IMG/VR virus record: IMGVR_UViG_3300023283_000077
Coordinates: 1 to 35,678 of that record
DNA from: a virus
Taxonomy: Duplodnaviria > Caudoviricetes
Length of the DNA stretch: 35,678 nt
Direction: 5' to 3' (one strand)
The notes under the pieces are model-generated. The model saw nothing but the letters and a program-made list of their open reading frames with translations. It made no database searches and was not told the origin of the DNA. The position numbers and the translations under genes were made by a program. Within the stretch, counting starts at the first letter, position 1; the number at the start of each line of letters is the position of its first letter. This document shows positions 24,389 to 34,097 of this stretch, piece by piece.

Positions 24389-25117
24389 TCAGGCCGCAGC
24401 CCGGGTGAAGAACTTTGACTTGCCGGTGGCCTGAATGGTTTCGTCGGCCAGCACCTCGCCCTCGATGGTGAAGGTCGCGAAGTCCTCGGTGATGAGGCCA
24501 AGTCCGGAAGTGGGGCTGGGTTTCCAGCGGAATACCCTGACGGTCACCGGCTTGCCGGTGGAGTCGTTGATGCCGTCCAGCACGACAGACACCTCCTGGC
24601 CTGAGTCTACCAGGGCCTGGAGAACGTTGGTTGCCTTGGTGGTGTAGCTGACCAGCAGTTCCTCGGCGTCTGAGATCGTGCCGTCCTCCAGGATCTTGAG
24701 GCCCGCCGGGGTCACCTCGTAGTCCGTGCCCAGGACGTAGGTGGTGGAGCCTGTGCTGTCGGTGACCGTAACGGTGCCGGCCACGTCGGCGGTGTCGATC
24801 ATGCTGGCAGTGGCCGCCAGGCCGCCCAGTACAGCGGTGACGCTCTCGTCAGTGACCGGGCCGGCGGCGACTTCCTCCACGGTCCCGCGCAGGGCCAGAG
24901 CCAGGTTGGCATTGGAAAAGTTTGTCATGTCCATGGAGAGCGTGACGGCAGTGATGCTGGTCACGCTCGCGAAGTTGCCGCCGCCGCCGCGGAAATTCCG
25001 CTGGGTCTGGGTCTCCTGCTCGATGGCGAAGTTGACGTTGGAGACGTTGCCCACGTCCCGCCCGTTGATGTAGATGATGCCGGAGCCGATATAGGCCTCG
25101 TTGATCTGCGTTGCCAT
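24389..25117 (-). CDS. Major tail tube protein
   Basis: YIGSG-DVGNVS N-terminus, inserted beta domain, C-terminal EGEVLAD. Confidence 0.8.
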   Translation of the reverse strand: MATQINEAYIGSGIIYINGRDVGNVSNVNFAIEQETQTQRNFRGGGGNFASVTSITAVTLSMDMTNFSNANLALALRGTVEEVAAGPVTDESVTAVLGGLAATASMIDTADVAGTVTVTDSTGSTTYVLGTDYEVTPAGLKILEDGTISDAEELLVSYTTKATNVLQALVDSGQEVSVVLDGINDSTGKPVTVRVFRWKPSPTSGLGLITEDFATFTIEGEVLADETIQATGKSKFFTRAAA

Positions 25118-25128
25118 GGTGATGCCTC

Positions 25129-25587
25129 TTACGTTGCGGGGTTGGACAGGTCCTGGGACCAGTCGATGGTCAGCAGGACGGATAATGAGCAGAGCCGGGA
25201 GCCGTCATCCGGCGGCTCGATCACGCGGCCCTGGTATCGGCTCGCGATGATCAGGCCGGGGTCGGCCCGGCTCTCCAGCAGCGGCACGATGGCCCGCTGT
25301 ATGTCAGCCAGCAGCCGGTGCGCGTCATCCAGTGGGTTGAGCAGGTCTGTCTCGCACCAGCCCTCGATGGTGACATTAAGCCGGTTCTGCACGCGGCAGG
25401 GCCCGGCATTCTTGACCACCTCCTCCTCACCCTCGTGGATGATGAGCAGCGGGAACTGATCGTCATGGCCCACCTGGCGCCGCCCGCGGGTGATGCGGTT
25501 GCCGGCGTCGGTGTGGTAGTCCGCCCCGTCGATAGCGGACAGCGCCAGCTCCACGGCCTGGATGACTCGCAGCGACTTGGGTTCCAT
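25129..25587 (-). CDS. Tail terminator-like protein
   Basis: Position before tail tube; Y-TDAG, HRLLADI. Confidence 0.7.
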   Translation of the reverse strand: MEPKSLRVIQAVELALSAIDGADYHTDAGNRITRGRRQVGHDDQFPLLIIHEGEEEVVKNAGPCRVQNRLNVTIEGWCETDLLNPLDDAHRLLADIQRAIVPLLESRADPGLIIASRYQGRVIEPPDDGSRLCSLSVLLTIDWSQDLSNPAT

Positions 25588-26141
25588 CAGCGCCTCCGGG
25601 CGATCTGGTCGGCCAGTTTTTCCTCGGCGATTTCGGCGAGCCGGAAGGTGAATTTCTCCAGGCGGCCGTCATCGCGCACGCGTTTGAATGCCGCGGCCAC
25701 GCTCAGCCCGTGGGCCAGCACCGGGCGCGGTAGCACGCCACTGGGTGTGCGCGTTTTTAGCGGCACAGGGATCTGGGACGCCGGGTTGACGAAGCCGGGC
25801 GCCACTTTCCACACGCCGAACCAGCGGATGACTACACGGGCCCGGGTCGGGTGGCCGGTAGGCTCGGCGCGCCAGATGTATTCCGTGATCGGCAGGCCCT
25901 GGCTGTCGGACGCAAGCCGCGCCTCGGCGTTGGCATTCTTAGCCCGGCGAACCTGGATACGCGCCCGGACCAGCTTCTTTTTCAGCCCGGTGCCGGCATT
26001 GATGGCGTTAACCATGTCGCGCTTGATCTCGGTTGCACCGGTGTTCAGCGCGTTGCGCGTGGCCCGCTGGACCTCCTTGTCAGTGACACCCAATAGCGCC
26101 TGGAGGCGGCCCATCCCGTCTATGGTCAGGCGGTAGCTCAT
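25587..26141 (-). CDS. Tail completion protein (lambda gpZ-like)
   Basis: Basic; RATRNALN...GLKKKLVRARI. Confidence 0.7.
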   Translation of the reverse strand: MSYRLTIDGMGRLQALLGVTDKEVQRATRNALNTGATEIKRDMVNAINAGTGLKKKLVRARIQVRRAKNANAEARLASDSQGLPITEYIWRAEPTGHPTRARVVIRWFGVWKVAPGFVNPASQIPVPLKTRTPSGVLPRPVLAHGLSVAAAFKRVRDDGRLEKFTFRLAEIAEEKLADQIARRR

Positions 26142-26665
26142 GCCGTGTACCTCACCACCACGCCGTCGCTGCCCTCGTCATCGATGCCGGTGAGCTGGAA
26201 TGTCACGCCACCGGCGGTGATGGCGTCGCCGCGCTCAAGCCGGCCCGGCTGCTCGATGGCCGGTATCTCGATGCGATACCGGAAATCCATCAGCTGGCCA
26301 TTCGCCCCCACATAGGGCGTGTTGCGGCCTACCCAGACCCGCACCGGGTGCTCTGCGCCGCCAACCTGGGTATAGGTGCCAGGGTGCCCGGCCAGGCGGG
26401 TGCAGCTCAGGTGCTGGGCCACGCGCCGGTTGAGCTGGTCCGCCTCGCCGTCGATGTGGTAGAGCTGGCCCCGGCCCTCCAGGTACATGCCGGGCTGTAT
26501 GTCGGAGCGCGGCCTGATGATGATCTTGGTGCTGGCTGCCTCGCGCAGCCCCTGGGCCTCGCTCACCTCCAGCGGCGGTCGCACGTCGCCCCAGAGCTTG
26601 CCCAGGGCGGTGCCGGTCTGCCCGTCCAAAAGAAACAGCTTGGTGTTCAGCCGCCCGGCTCTCAT
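26138..26665 (-). CDS. Head closure / head-tail joining protein (two domains)
   Basis: MRAGRL start, IRPRSDIQPGM-LYHI; second beta domain with LERGDAI. Confidence 0.7.
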   Translation of the reverse strand: MRAGRLNTKLFLLDGQTGTALGKLWGDVRPPLEVSEAQGLREAASTKIIIRPRSDIQPGMYLEGRGQLYHIDGEADQLNRRVAQHLSCTRLAGHPGTYTQVGGAEHPVRVWVGRNTPYVGANGQLMDFRYRIEIPAIEQPGRLERGDAITAGGVTFQLTGIDDEGSDGVVVRYTA

Positions 26666-27192
26666 CCCAGCGACCTCTGCACGATGTAGGGCTGCACCAG
26701 GTATTCCACGGCCATGGGCAGCACGCTGCTGATAGTCCCGATGACGCTGGCCTCACGATTTTCAAACAGGTGCCCGACAATCAGCAAAGCCGCCCGCTGC
26801 AGGTCCGCCGGGATGGTGTTGTACCCGGCCTGCAAGGTCACGGTGACGGACTCCGGCTGCTCGCTGGTGGCCGGCCACTCGCTCCCGAATGCCGGGAAGA
26901 TCAGCGGGAATACGGGCCGCCGGTCCACGCGGAAATCAGCCAACGTCTGCTGCACGCCCTGCGGGTCCAGGTACTGGATGATGGTCACGCTGTCCAGCGG
27001 CGTCGCCGGTACCTCGATGCAGCCGGGGAAGCCGTCCAGGGTGTGGATGATCTCCCGCTGCTGGATCACGCGTCCGGTGATGTGCTCCAGATTCAGCACC
27101 GCCGCCTCGATCAGAGACTCAACGAGCTCGTCCTCGTCCGTCTCATCGGCCTCGATGCGCAGGTGCTGTTTGGCCTGCAGCAGGGTGATCAC
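26662..27192 (-). CDS. Head-tail connector (HK97 gp6-like)
   Basis: AKQHLRI-EDEL, VGHLFENRE. Confidence 0.88.
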   Translation of the reverse strand: MITLLQAKQHLRIEADETDEDELVESLIEAAVLNLEHITGRVIQQREIIHTLDGFPGCIEVPATPLDSVTIIQYLDPQGVQQTLADFRVDRRPVFPLIFPAFGSEWPATSEQPESVTVTLQAGYNTIPADLQRAALLIVGHLFENREASVIGTISSVLPMAVEYLVQPYIVQRSLG

Positions 27193-27386
27193 CGCTTGGA
27201 TTCCTCGCTGGCCTTAGAGGCGGCCTTCCTGCGTGGCTCGACGGCCTTGGGATTGCCGTCCGCCAGGCCCTGGGCCTCCAGCCTCTCGGCCAGATCCGAG
27301 CTGCACCTGACGACATCGCCACAGCGGTAGCCGTGATGCGGCGCATCTACCAGGATGAGGATTTCTTTCTCGCTTTTGCCCGCCAT
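27189..27386 (-). CDS. Small protein downstream of capsid
   Basis: GGAG RBS; GDVV-AERL-GLA pattern; coupled to connector. Confidence 0.7.
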   Translation of the reverse strand: MAGKSEKEILILVDAPHHGYRCGDVVRCSSDLAERLEAQGLADGNPKAVEPRRKAASKASEESKR

Positions 27387-27441
27387 TGTGGAGTCTCCTG
27401 TTCGATGGGCTAAGCCGGGGGCGAGCCCCGGCTACTGAGTT

Positions 27442-28680
27442 TTAAGTGGATGAATTCTGGTAGAATTTCACCGCGCCGCCCACGTCCATGAGGCCGCCCC
27501 CGGAGCGCATGAAGGCGAGGAAACCAACCTGACCTTTCTCCGTGTACTTGGAGTCAGTCAGCCGGAACAGCAGGAACTGCATCACGTCGCGAATGATGTA
27601 CTTGGACAGGTCCCCGTAGATGATGGACTTGGCGTCAGCCGCCATCACCGGCATGTGCTGGTTGATCACATAGGGGTTGCCGTCGATGGTGTCGGGCTCT
27701 GCCGTGGCCACGCCGGGAATCCAGAGCGGGCGGCCCTGGTCGTCCTTGAGCTTCTTGATCACCTTCAGCGTCTGGTCGTGGAACATCCAGCGCGGGTTGT
27801 TGGTGCGGTACGCCGGGTCCACGCTGTGCTTGAGGTCGATCAGGTCATTGTGCGTGACGGTGACCGTCTGGCCGGTGGCCCCGATCTTGCCTTCTACGGC
27901 GCCGGTGACGATGCCCTCGGGCTGGCCGGTGCCGGTGCCGTCGGTGAACAGCCGGTTGGTAATCCGTCCCAGGCGCTGCTGGAGGCGGGAGGTGATGTGG
28001 GCCTCCAGGTCGATGCCGGAGTCCTGCAACAGCTCGAAGGGCACGGCGATGGTCTTGCTCGAGAACTTGTGGGTGCCCAGGGCCTTGGTTCCGAATGTGG
28101 CATCCTGGTTGGTCACCGCGGCGTTCTCTCCAACGATCTCGCCTTCCTCGCTGGTCGCGTCGGTGGTCGGCCAGTCCATGGGTGCGCCGGACTCGGTGGG
28201 CAACAGGGTAGCTACATCGCGCATGCCGCCAAACTCTTTCAGGGCCTCCAGCATGGTCGCGCTGAACTCCTGCGGTACCGTAAAGCCACCCTCGGAGCCA
28301 GTGCCGGTGCTCATGGTGTTGCGCACCTCGCGTGCCTTGGCCACAACCTGCTGGCGCTGCTCCATGGAGAGACCGTCCATGCCGTCGCGCAGCCAGGTGT
28401 GGAAAATCTGGCGCTCGGCGTGGGCGCGGGCCTCGGCCTCGTCGGTGGAGATGCCGCCTCGGTCGGCCCGGTCCTGAATGCTGCGCTGGTTGGCCGCCTC
28501 GATCTCCAACTGCTTCTCGTGGCGCTTGATCTGCTCGTCCACGTTGCCGATTTCGTCGGCGATGCGGTCGTACTGCTGCTGGTGGTCGTTGTTCCACTGC
28601 TCGGGCTCAACGCCGTCGAGCAGCTTGCGGGCATCAGCCGCCATTTCGGTGCGCTTTTCGCGCAGTGCTTGGATAGACAT
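27442..28680 (-). CDS. Major capsid protein (HK97 fold with delta domain)
   Basis: Coiled-coil N-terminus, EGGFTVP, ELLQDS, GTGTGQPEGI, KLKDDQGRPLW. Confidence 0.95.
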   Translation of the reverse strand: MSIQALREKRTEMAADARKLLDGVEPEQWNNDHQQQYDRIADEIGNVDEQIKRHEKQLEIEAANQRSIQDRADRGGISTDEAEARAHAERQIFHTWLRDGMDGLSMEQRQQVVAKAREVRNTMSTGTGSEGGFTVPQEFSATMLEALKEFGGMRDVATLLPTESGAPMDWPTTDATSEEGEIVGENAAVTNQDATFGTKALGTHKFSSKTIAVPFELLQDSGIDLEAHITSRLQQRLGRITNRLFTDGTGTGQPEGIVTGAVEGKIGATGQTVTVTHNDLIDLKHSVDPAYRTNNPRWMFHDQTLKVIKKLKDDQGRPLWIPGVATAEPDTIDGNPYVINQHMPVMAADAKSIIYGDLSKYIIRDVMQFLLFRLTDSKYTEKGQVGFLAFMRSGGGLMDVGGAVKFYQNSST

Positions 28681-28707
28681 AATCACGTCCTCGTCGTCAG
28701 TCAGGTA

Positions 28708-28728
28708 CAAAAAACCGCCCGTAGGCGG
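28708..28728 (-). terminator. Intrinsic terminator between protease and capsid
   Basis: CCGCC-TACG-GGCGG then TTTTTT. Confidence 0.7.
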
Positions 28729-28754
28729 CTGGTTACTCGTCTTAGCGGTGCCCG

Positions 28755-29462
28755 CTAAGTGCCAAGTAGCTTGAGACGGCGCTCCAGGTGGGCGCGGTGG
28801 GCCTGGGGGTCCGGATCCGGCTCAGCAATCTGGGGCGCATGGTCATAGGCCGACAGGTTAAACCGGCTCATGTTCCGTGCCACGCTGCCCTGTGTCACCT
28901 CGTCAATGTGATCCACGAATCCGCGTTCGTGTGCCTCCTCGGCGCTCATCCAGGTCTCGTCCGCCATCCACTGCAGGATTTCCTCTTCGTTGCGGGAGGT
29001 CCTGGCAGCCAGCGTGCGAACGATGCTCTTATCTACCTGGTCCAGCAGGCCGGCAGTATCACGCATGTCGTCAGCGTTACCGAGGGCCAGGCTCCAGGCC
29101 TTGTGGATCATGTACATTCCGCCATCCGTCATCCGGATCTCGTCCGCTGCGGTCGTGATGAATGTAGCGGCGCTGGCAGCCACGCCGTCGATATGCGCGA
29201 TGATCCGTGCAGGGTGTTGGGCCAGTGCAGTCTGTATGGCCCGGGCCGCGAACACGTCCCCGCCGGGGCTGTTGATCCTGACGTGGATTGTCTCCGCTGT
29301 GATATCGGATAGCTCCCGGGCCACCATCTCGGCGCTGATCCCGAAAAAATCATCTATCACGTCGTAGAGGTACAGCGTCGCCTCCGCGCCTTCTGTGAGG
29401 GCACGAAAATCCCTCACCGCCCGGGCATTGTCCCGGAGCAGGTTAAGCAGTTTCCGATGCAT
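28755..29462 (-). CDS. ClpP-type head maturation protease
   Basis: INSPGGDVF, DGVAASAA, MIHKAW, ETWMSAEEA. Confidence 0.93.
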   Translation of the reverse strand: MHRKLLNLLRDNARAVRDFRALTEGAEATLYLYDVIDDFFGISAEMVARELSDITAETIHVRINSPGGDVFAARAIQTALAQHPARIIAHIDGVAASAATFITTAADEIRMTDGGMYMIHKAWSLALGNADDMRDTAGLLDQVDKSIVRTLAARTSRNEEEILQWMADETWMSAEEAHERGFVDHIDEVTQGSVARNMSRFNLSAYDHAPQIAEPDPDPQAHRAHLERRLKLLGT

Positions 29463-30729
29463 TGGTCCGTTCTCCGGTCGCTGGTCGGTATACGTCGTCG
29501 CCACCGTCCACCGGCGGCAGGTTTTCGAGTTTCCGGACTTCGTTGACGCTCATGTAGCCGGGCTGCTGGTTGCCGCCGAGCGCGATCTGGTAGGCCTCGT
29601 TGCGGCCCTTTATGTCGCCGCGCAACAGGCCCGAGACGTTGAATTCGGCGAAGGCATCCGGGCGGCGCACCAGCTTGCGGTTGATCTCCTGCTCGATCCG
29701 CCTCAAGTGCGGCCTGAGCGTATACATGACAAAGCCGATGCTCTGCTGCTCGATGCCGGCGCCGAAGCTCGTTGACTGGGTGGTCTCGCCGATCATGTGA
29801 GGCGGCACACCGAATATACGGGCAATGTCGGTTACCTGGAAGCGGCGGGTTTCGATGAGCTGGGAGTCCTCGGCGGACATCGTGATCTCCCGGAACTCGC
29901 CGCCATCCGGGATGAAGGCCGGCAGGTGGCTATTATCCAGGCCCTGCTGGCGCTTGTACCAATAATCCCGCATCAGGTTGGCCTGCTCGGCGGTGAGCTT
30001 CTTGCCCTCCGGGAATCGTATGTAGCCCCTGGGAGTCGCATCGTTGCTGAAGAACCGCCCGCTGTATTCGTCCGTTGCCAGGGCAGTGCCGATGCTGGGC
30101 CGCCCGGCGTGGCGGATCACGGACATGCCGCGCCGGCCATCCCAGCCCACACCCGGGACGTGGACCACGTCATCCTGGTCAAATGCCGCCCACTCGCCGG
30201 AGTCGAGCAGGACCATGTAGATCAGGCGCCCATCGCGTTTTTGCGGGTCCACGCGGTGCGGTTGTAGCGGCGTCAGAGACTGCGGCTGGCCGCCACCGGT
30301 GCGGCCTATCAGGCTGTAGTGATTGCCGGCCAGCAGGATGTGGCTGACCACGGTCTCCCAGTAGACCACCGCGCTCAGCATAGGGTTAGGCTCATCGTGC
30401 AGCAGCCGGTAGAGCGGGGTGGCCCTCCATGGCTCCCGGCCATCATCAGTGCGGCGAAACAGCTGCAGCGGCAGGCTGCCGATGGCGCCGGCCACCAGGC
30501 GCACGCTGGCGTAGACGGCAGAGACCTGCATGGCGCTCATCTCGTCCACATGCACCCCGGCGGCGGTCTTTCGCCCGTCGAGCATTTCGTGCAGCGCTTC
30601 CCAGCCCCGCGACCATTCCACGGCCTCATTGCGCACCGTCCGCAGCTCCTGGCGCACGGACTGGAGGTCATGCTGGGTGTTCTCCAGCTCTGCCTCCAGC
30701 CTCGCCTTGTCCCGGTTCCAGATCCGCAT
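29443..30729 (-). CDS. Portal protein (HK97 family)
   Basis: Start ATG 30729 overlapping terL stop; AVYASV, EPNP, IARIFGVPPHMIG, LLRGD, NEVRKLENLPP. Confidence 0.95.
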   Translation of the reverse strand: MRIWNRDKARLEAELENTQHDLQSVRQELRTVRNEAVEWSRGWEALHEMLDGRKTAAGVHVDEMSAMQVSAVYASVRLVAGAIGSLPLQLFRRTDDGREPWRATPLYRLLHDEPNPMLSAVVYWETVVSHILLAGNHYSLIGRTGGGQPQSLTPLQPHRVDPQKRDGRLIYMVLLDSGEWAAFDQDDVVHVPGVGWDGRRGMSVIRHAGRPSIGTALATDEYSGRFFSNDATPRGYIRFPEGKKLTAEQANLMRDYWYKRQQGLDNSHLPAFIPDGGEFREITMSAEDSQLIETRRFQVTDIARIFGVPPHMIGETTQSTSFGAGIEQQSIGFVMYTLRPHLRRIEQEINRKLVRRPDAFAEFNVSGLLRGDIKGRNEAYQIALGGNQQPGYMSVNEVRKLENLPPVDGGDDVYRPATGERTNASETA

Positions 30730-32411
30730 CACATAAAGTCCACAAATGAGGTGTCTATGTATTCGTCTTCCGGCTCGCGCTGCCGGATCGCCAGGCCCAG
30801 GGCCATGATCAGGGCCACCACGCCGTCGATCTTGTTTTCCGGGAATTCCTTCCGCGGGTAGATGTTGTCCTTGGCGTCGATGTGGCAGACCACATTGCTC
30901 ACCATCCAGGCCATCACCGGTGAGCCGTCGTGTACCAGGGTGCCCTCGAGCACCATGGCCTCCAGGGATTTCATCGGCTCGCTCATGTTCTGGGCCGTCT
31001 GCCGGTATTCGACCATCGGCAGGCCTTCGCCCTGCATGCGCGTCGCGAGGTATGTGGCCTGCCAGGGATCGAACGGCACGCCCTGGATATCCAGCAGCCT
31101 CGCCAGGTCGCGCAGGTCCTCCTCGATGTAGGCGTAATCCGTCACCGCTCCAGGAGTGAGCATCATCAGACCCTGGCGGGACCAGCCGGCGTAGTGCTGG
31201 TTGCGGCCATCTTCGGCGGCCTCCTCCGGGAGGTAGTATTTGCCAAAGGCCGCAAACCCGTCCCCGTGCTCCACGAGGATGGAGAGGGCCGCAATGTCTG
31301 TCTTGCTCGCCAGGTCGAGACCCAGCCAGGCCCTGCAGCCAGCCAGGTCCTCGAGCTTGAGGTCTCTGTTTGCGGCATTGTCCCAGGCCTGCATGTTCAT
31401 CCAGGCGGTGTCGGCGTTGACCCAGCAGTTCAGGTGCTTGGTCAAAAAGTTGTTGGTCGCGCTGGCCTGCACCATGGCCTTTCGGCACTTACGTTCGATG
31501 TCCTCCGGATTGACCGATACGCCCCAGTTTGGGTTGGCCTTTTGCCAGGCCGCCGGGTCCGTCCAGTCGTCGTCCTCGTCCAGCGTGTAGATGATCCCAA
31601 AGTAGCTTTCATCCTGCTGCACGCCCTCGAGGATCTTAGTCACGTAGGATCGCTGCTCGTAGCAGATCCCGGCTCGGTTGCTGCCCGCCGTGGTGATCAT
31701 CCAGAGCAGCGGCTGGCGCCGCGCGCCGGTGCCGGTCTCGATCACGTCGAAAATGTCACGGGTCTTGTGCGCGTGCAGCTCGTCGATCAGCCCGCCATGG
31801 ACATTCAGACCGTCGTGATTGCCGCCCTGGTCCCGGCTCAGCGGGCGGAAGACGCTGTTGGTGGCCTCCACGTAGATGGCGTTGGCGCTGGCGTCAGCGC
31901 CGAACCGGGCCTGCAGGCCTGGCGTCTGCTGCACCATCTTGCGGGCATCGCGCCATGTAATCTGGGCCTGCTCGCGGGTAGTCGCCGCGCTGTAGACCTC
32001 AGCGCCAGGCTCACCGTCGGCCGTGAGGAGGTAGAGGCCTACACCGGAGGTCTCAGAGCTCTTGCCTTGCTTGCGCGGCATCTCGTTGTACGCGGCCTTA
32101 AATCGCCGGTAGCCGTCAGCGTCCACCCAGCCGAATACCGTTGTGAGGCGGAATATCTGCCAGGGCTGGAGCTCTATCCTCTGCCGGGTGCGGGCCCACT
32201 CGCCCTTGACATGCGGCAATAGCTCGACGAACCGGCACACGCGGCCGGCCAACTCCTCCTGGAACCAGTAGGGGAAGTCCTCAGTGCCCTCTCGATCCAG
32301 GTCCCGGAGCTGGCGCTGGCAGGCCAATTTGACCCACTTGCAGGCCGGGACCTCGCCGTCCAGGACCTGCCGGATGTACCGGTTGGCTATGGCCACGTAG
32401 TCTCGGCTCAC
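30729..32411 (-). CDS. terL: Terminase large subunit
   Basis: LQPWQ, PRKQGKS, IDELHAH, ITTAG, GLDLAS, KIDGVVA. Confidence 0.96.
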   Translation of the reverse strand: MSRDYVAIANRYIRQVLDGEVPACKWVKLACQRQLRDLDREGTEDFPYWFQEELAGRVCRFVELLPHVKGEWARTRQRIELQPWQIFRLTTVFGWVDADGYRRFKAAYNEMPRKQGKSSETSGVGLYLLTADGEPGAEVYSAATTREQAQITWRDARKMVQQTPGLQARFGADASANAIYVEATNSVFRPLSRDQGGNHDGLNVHGGLIDELHAHKTRDIFDVIETGTGARRQPLLWMITTAGSNRAGICYEQRSYVTKILEGVQQDESYFGIIYTLDEDDDWTDPAAWQKANPNWGVSVNPEDIERKCRKAMVQASATNNFLTKHLNCWVNADTAWMNMQAWDNAANRDLKLEDLAGCRAWLGLDLASKTDIAALSILVEHGDGFAAFGKYYLPEEAAEDGRNQHYAGWSRQGLMMLTPGAVTDYAYIEEDLRDLARLLDIQGVPFDPWQATYLATRMQGEGLPMVEYRQTAQNMSEPMKSLEAMVLEGTLVHDGSPVMAWMVSNVVCHIDAKDNIYPRKEFPENKIDGVVALIMALGLAIRQREPEDEYIDTSFVDFM

Positions 32412-32866
32412 AGCTCCTCGAAACCCCCGAGGTCCAGCTGGCCCTGGCTGGGGGCCTTCATGCTGCTGCGGGCGGCTGGCGTGTGGCCGAACTCCCGGCC
32501 CGCGTCCATGACCTCTTTCCAGAGCTTGTTCCGGACGTGCAGGGCCTGGGACATCTGCAGGTAGCCGTTGGGCGTCTCCTCGAGCATGTCCTCCAGGCGC
32601 TCAATGGACTGGGTTACCATCCGGAACTTGGTGTAGCTATCCAGGTAAGCAAACAGCGTGATCTGGTCGCAGGATGAGAGCAGCCCCTGGCGAGCCAGGG
32701 TAGGGGCCAGCTTCTTCCACGCGATCCGCACACACTGGGGCGCATCCTTCGGGCACTCCGGCACACCGATATCAACCTGTGGGCCATGGCCGTCCCGGTC
32801 CCGCCGGAAGTTGCCCTGGAGCACCTTGGTTTGAGCCGGCACAGCCGGCCTGCCTCGCTTACTCAT
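32408..32866 (-). CDS. terS: Terminase small subunit (P27 family)
   Basis: GRPAVP-K-LQGN, EFGHTPAARS. Confidence 0.9.
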   Translation of the reverse strand: MSKRGRPAVPAQTKVLQGNFRRDRDGHGPQVDIGVPECPKDAPQCVRIAWKKLAPTLARQGLLSSCDQITLFAYLDSYTKFRMVTQSIERLEDMLEETPNGYLQMSQALHVRNKLWKEVMDAGREFGHTPAARSSMKAPSQGQLDLGGFEEL

Positions 32867-33344
32867 ATTGCGTCACGCCCCGGGGATGCTTGACCCCCCC
32901 TACCTGCTTTTTGCCATTGCGAAAGACCGAGATTGGCTCGCGGTCGAACTTCTCACGGCTGTGAACTTTCGACCCGCCCCCCTTCGATTTTTTTCTATTG
33001 GACTCCTCCTGGGTCTTGGCCTGGTGGCAGGCCTTGCAGATTGCCCGGAGATTCTCGATATCGTCAGTCCCGCCCTGCGACTTGGGTCGGATGTGGTCTA
33101 CCGCATGAGCAGGCATGATCCTGCCCTGCTTGGCGCATACCTGGCAGAGTCCTCTGTCCCTCTGAAGCACCGCCGCGCGCAGTCGCCGCCAACGGCTGCC
33201 GTACCCACGTTCCGTGCTGGTTCCACGCCCGGGCTTATCCCAGTTGGTCGCGAGATGCTGATGTAGACCGCAGTAGCCGTGGCGCTGCACCGTCGTGTTT
33301 CCACATCCTGATGCACGGCACGGGGTCGGGATGCGAGAGGGCAT
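32859..33344 (-). CDS. Terminase-associated HNH endonuclease
   Basis: RGYGSRW, LCQVC, VDHIRPK-GGTDD-NL-CKACH. Confidence 0.9.
   Translation of the reverse strand: MPSRIPTPCRASGCGNTTVQRHGYCGLHQHLATNWDKPGRGTSTERGYGSRWRRLRAAVLQRDRGLCQVCAKQGRIMPAHAVDHIRPKSQGGTDDIENLRAICKACHQAKTQEESNRKKSKGGGSKVHSREKFDREPISVFRNGKKQVGGVKHPRGVTQYE
32971..32986. other. Candidate cos site
   Basis: GAAGGGGGGCGGGTC (minus) between HNH domain and terS, the usual cos position in HNH/P27-type phages. Confidence 0.5.
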
Positions 33345-33347
33345 CAC

Positions 33348-33653
33348 CTACCGATCCATGACCGGGACCACAAACGACCGCTCATCTGTCCGTCCCGCAG
33401 CCGTAATGATCCGGTGAGTAATCTTCACGCGCTCCCCGGCTGTGCCACCGGACACCCATACAGTCGCCGACATGGCGTCATGGCTGTCGGAGACCAGCGT
33501 CAGCGCCGGGGGGACTGACCACTCACTGACTGTGATCGCATCGTCGCCCGCATCGGCCAAATAGCCAGACCAGTCGATTTTGTAATCAACCGTCGCATCC
33601 GGGTCCTTGGGCTCGACTCGCGTGCTCGGTCCCGCGTATGCCACCACGGCCAT
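33348..33653 (-). CDS. Putative fibre adaptor protein
   Basis: KDPDA-DY-IDW-YL, TVWVSGG-G, T-GRTDERS pattern seen in virion fibre modules. Confidence 0.6.
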   Translation of the reverse strand: MAVVAYAGPSTRVEPKDPDATVDYKIDWSGYLADAGDDAITVSEWSVPPALTLVSDSHDAMSATVWVSGGTAGERVKITHRIITAAGRTDERSFVVPVMDR

Positions 33654-34087
33654 TACGATGCCTCGTAGATGCCGCTGGGCGTGCGGACTGTAAACTCGCT
33701 GTTGGTGCTGCTCACAGACCCGCCCGACGTGTCGAGGTCTACGTAGCCGAGCAGCAAATCCGCGGACGCCAGGGACGCGCCGTCACGCCGGACGATCACG
33801 CCGTATTTTGCCGTGATGCTGACGTTGGACCCAAATGACACATCATCACTGTCCAATGTCACGGTGCCAGACGCCTCCGAAAATGTGACCGCACTAATTA
33901 ATTGTGGCGTGTAATCCGTATCGGTAATCTCATCGGCGGAGATGTCAGCATACGTGCTGTGCGTCACCGCTGGCGTGTAGGTGTCTGCAAGCAACACCAT
34001 CACCAGGGTATCTGTGTCAGCATCCAGAGCCCCGTTTAGTGAGCTGAGTTTGCCGCTGCTGTAGAGCTCGAAAATGCCTGCTGCCAT
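33653..34087 (-). CDS. Putative fibre subunit (144 aa, acidic, beta-rich)
   Basis: GALDADTDTL-LL-YTP-H-DI-EI-Y...DV-F-ITA pattern; coupled to adaptor. Confidence 0.6.
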   Translation of the reverse strand: MAAGIFELYSSGKLSSLNGALDADTDTLVMVLLADTYTPAVTHSTYADISADEITDTDYTPQLISAVTFSEASGTVTLDSDDVSFGSNVSITAKYGVIVRRDGASLASADLLLGYVDLDTSGGSVSSTNSEFTVRTPSGIYEAS

Positions 34088-34097
34088 GGTATTGCCC

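Noticed and set aside
27655-32222. Long plus-strand ORFs (27655-28758, 27677-28477, 30930-32222) and the 681-aa extended portal ORF
   Set aside because: Shadows of high-GC capsid and terminase genes; the portal extension overlaps terL out of frame and the real start is 30729
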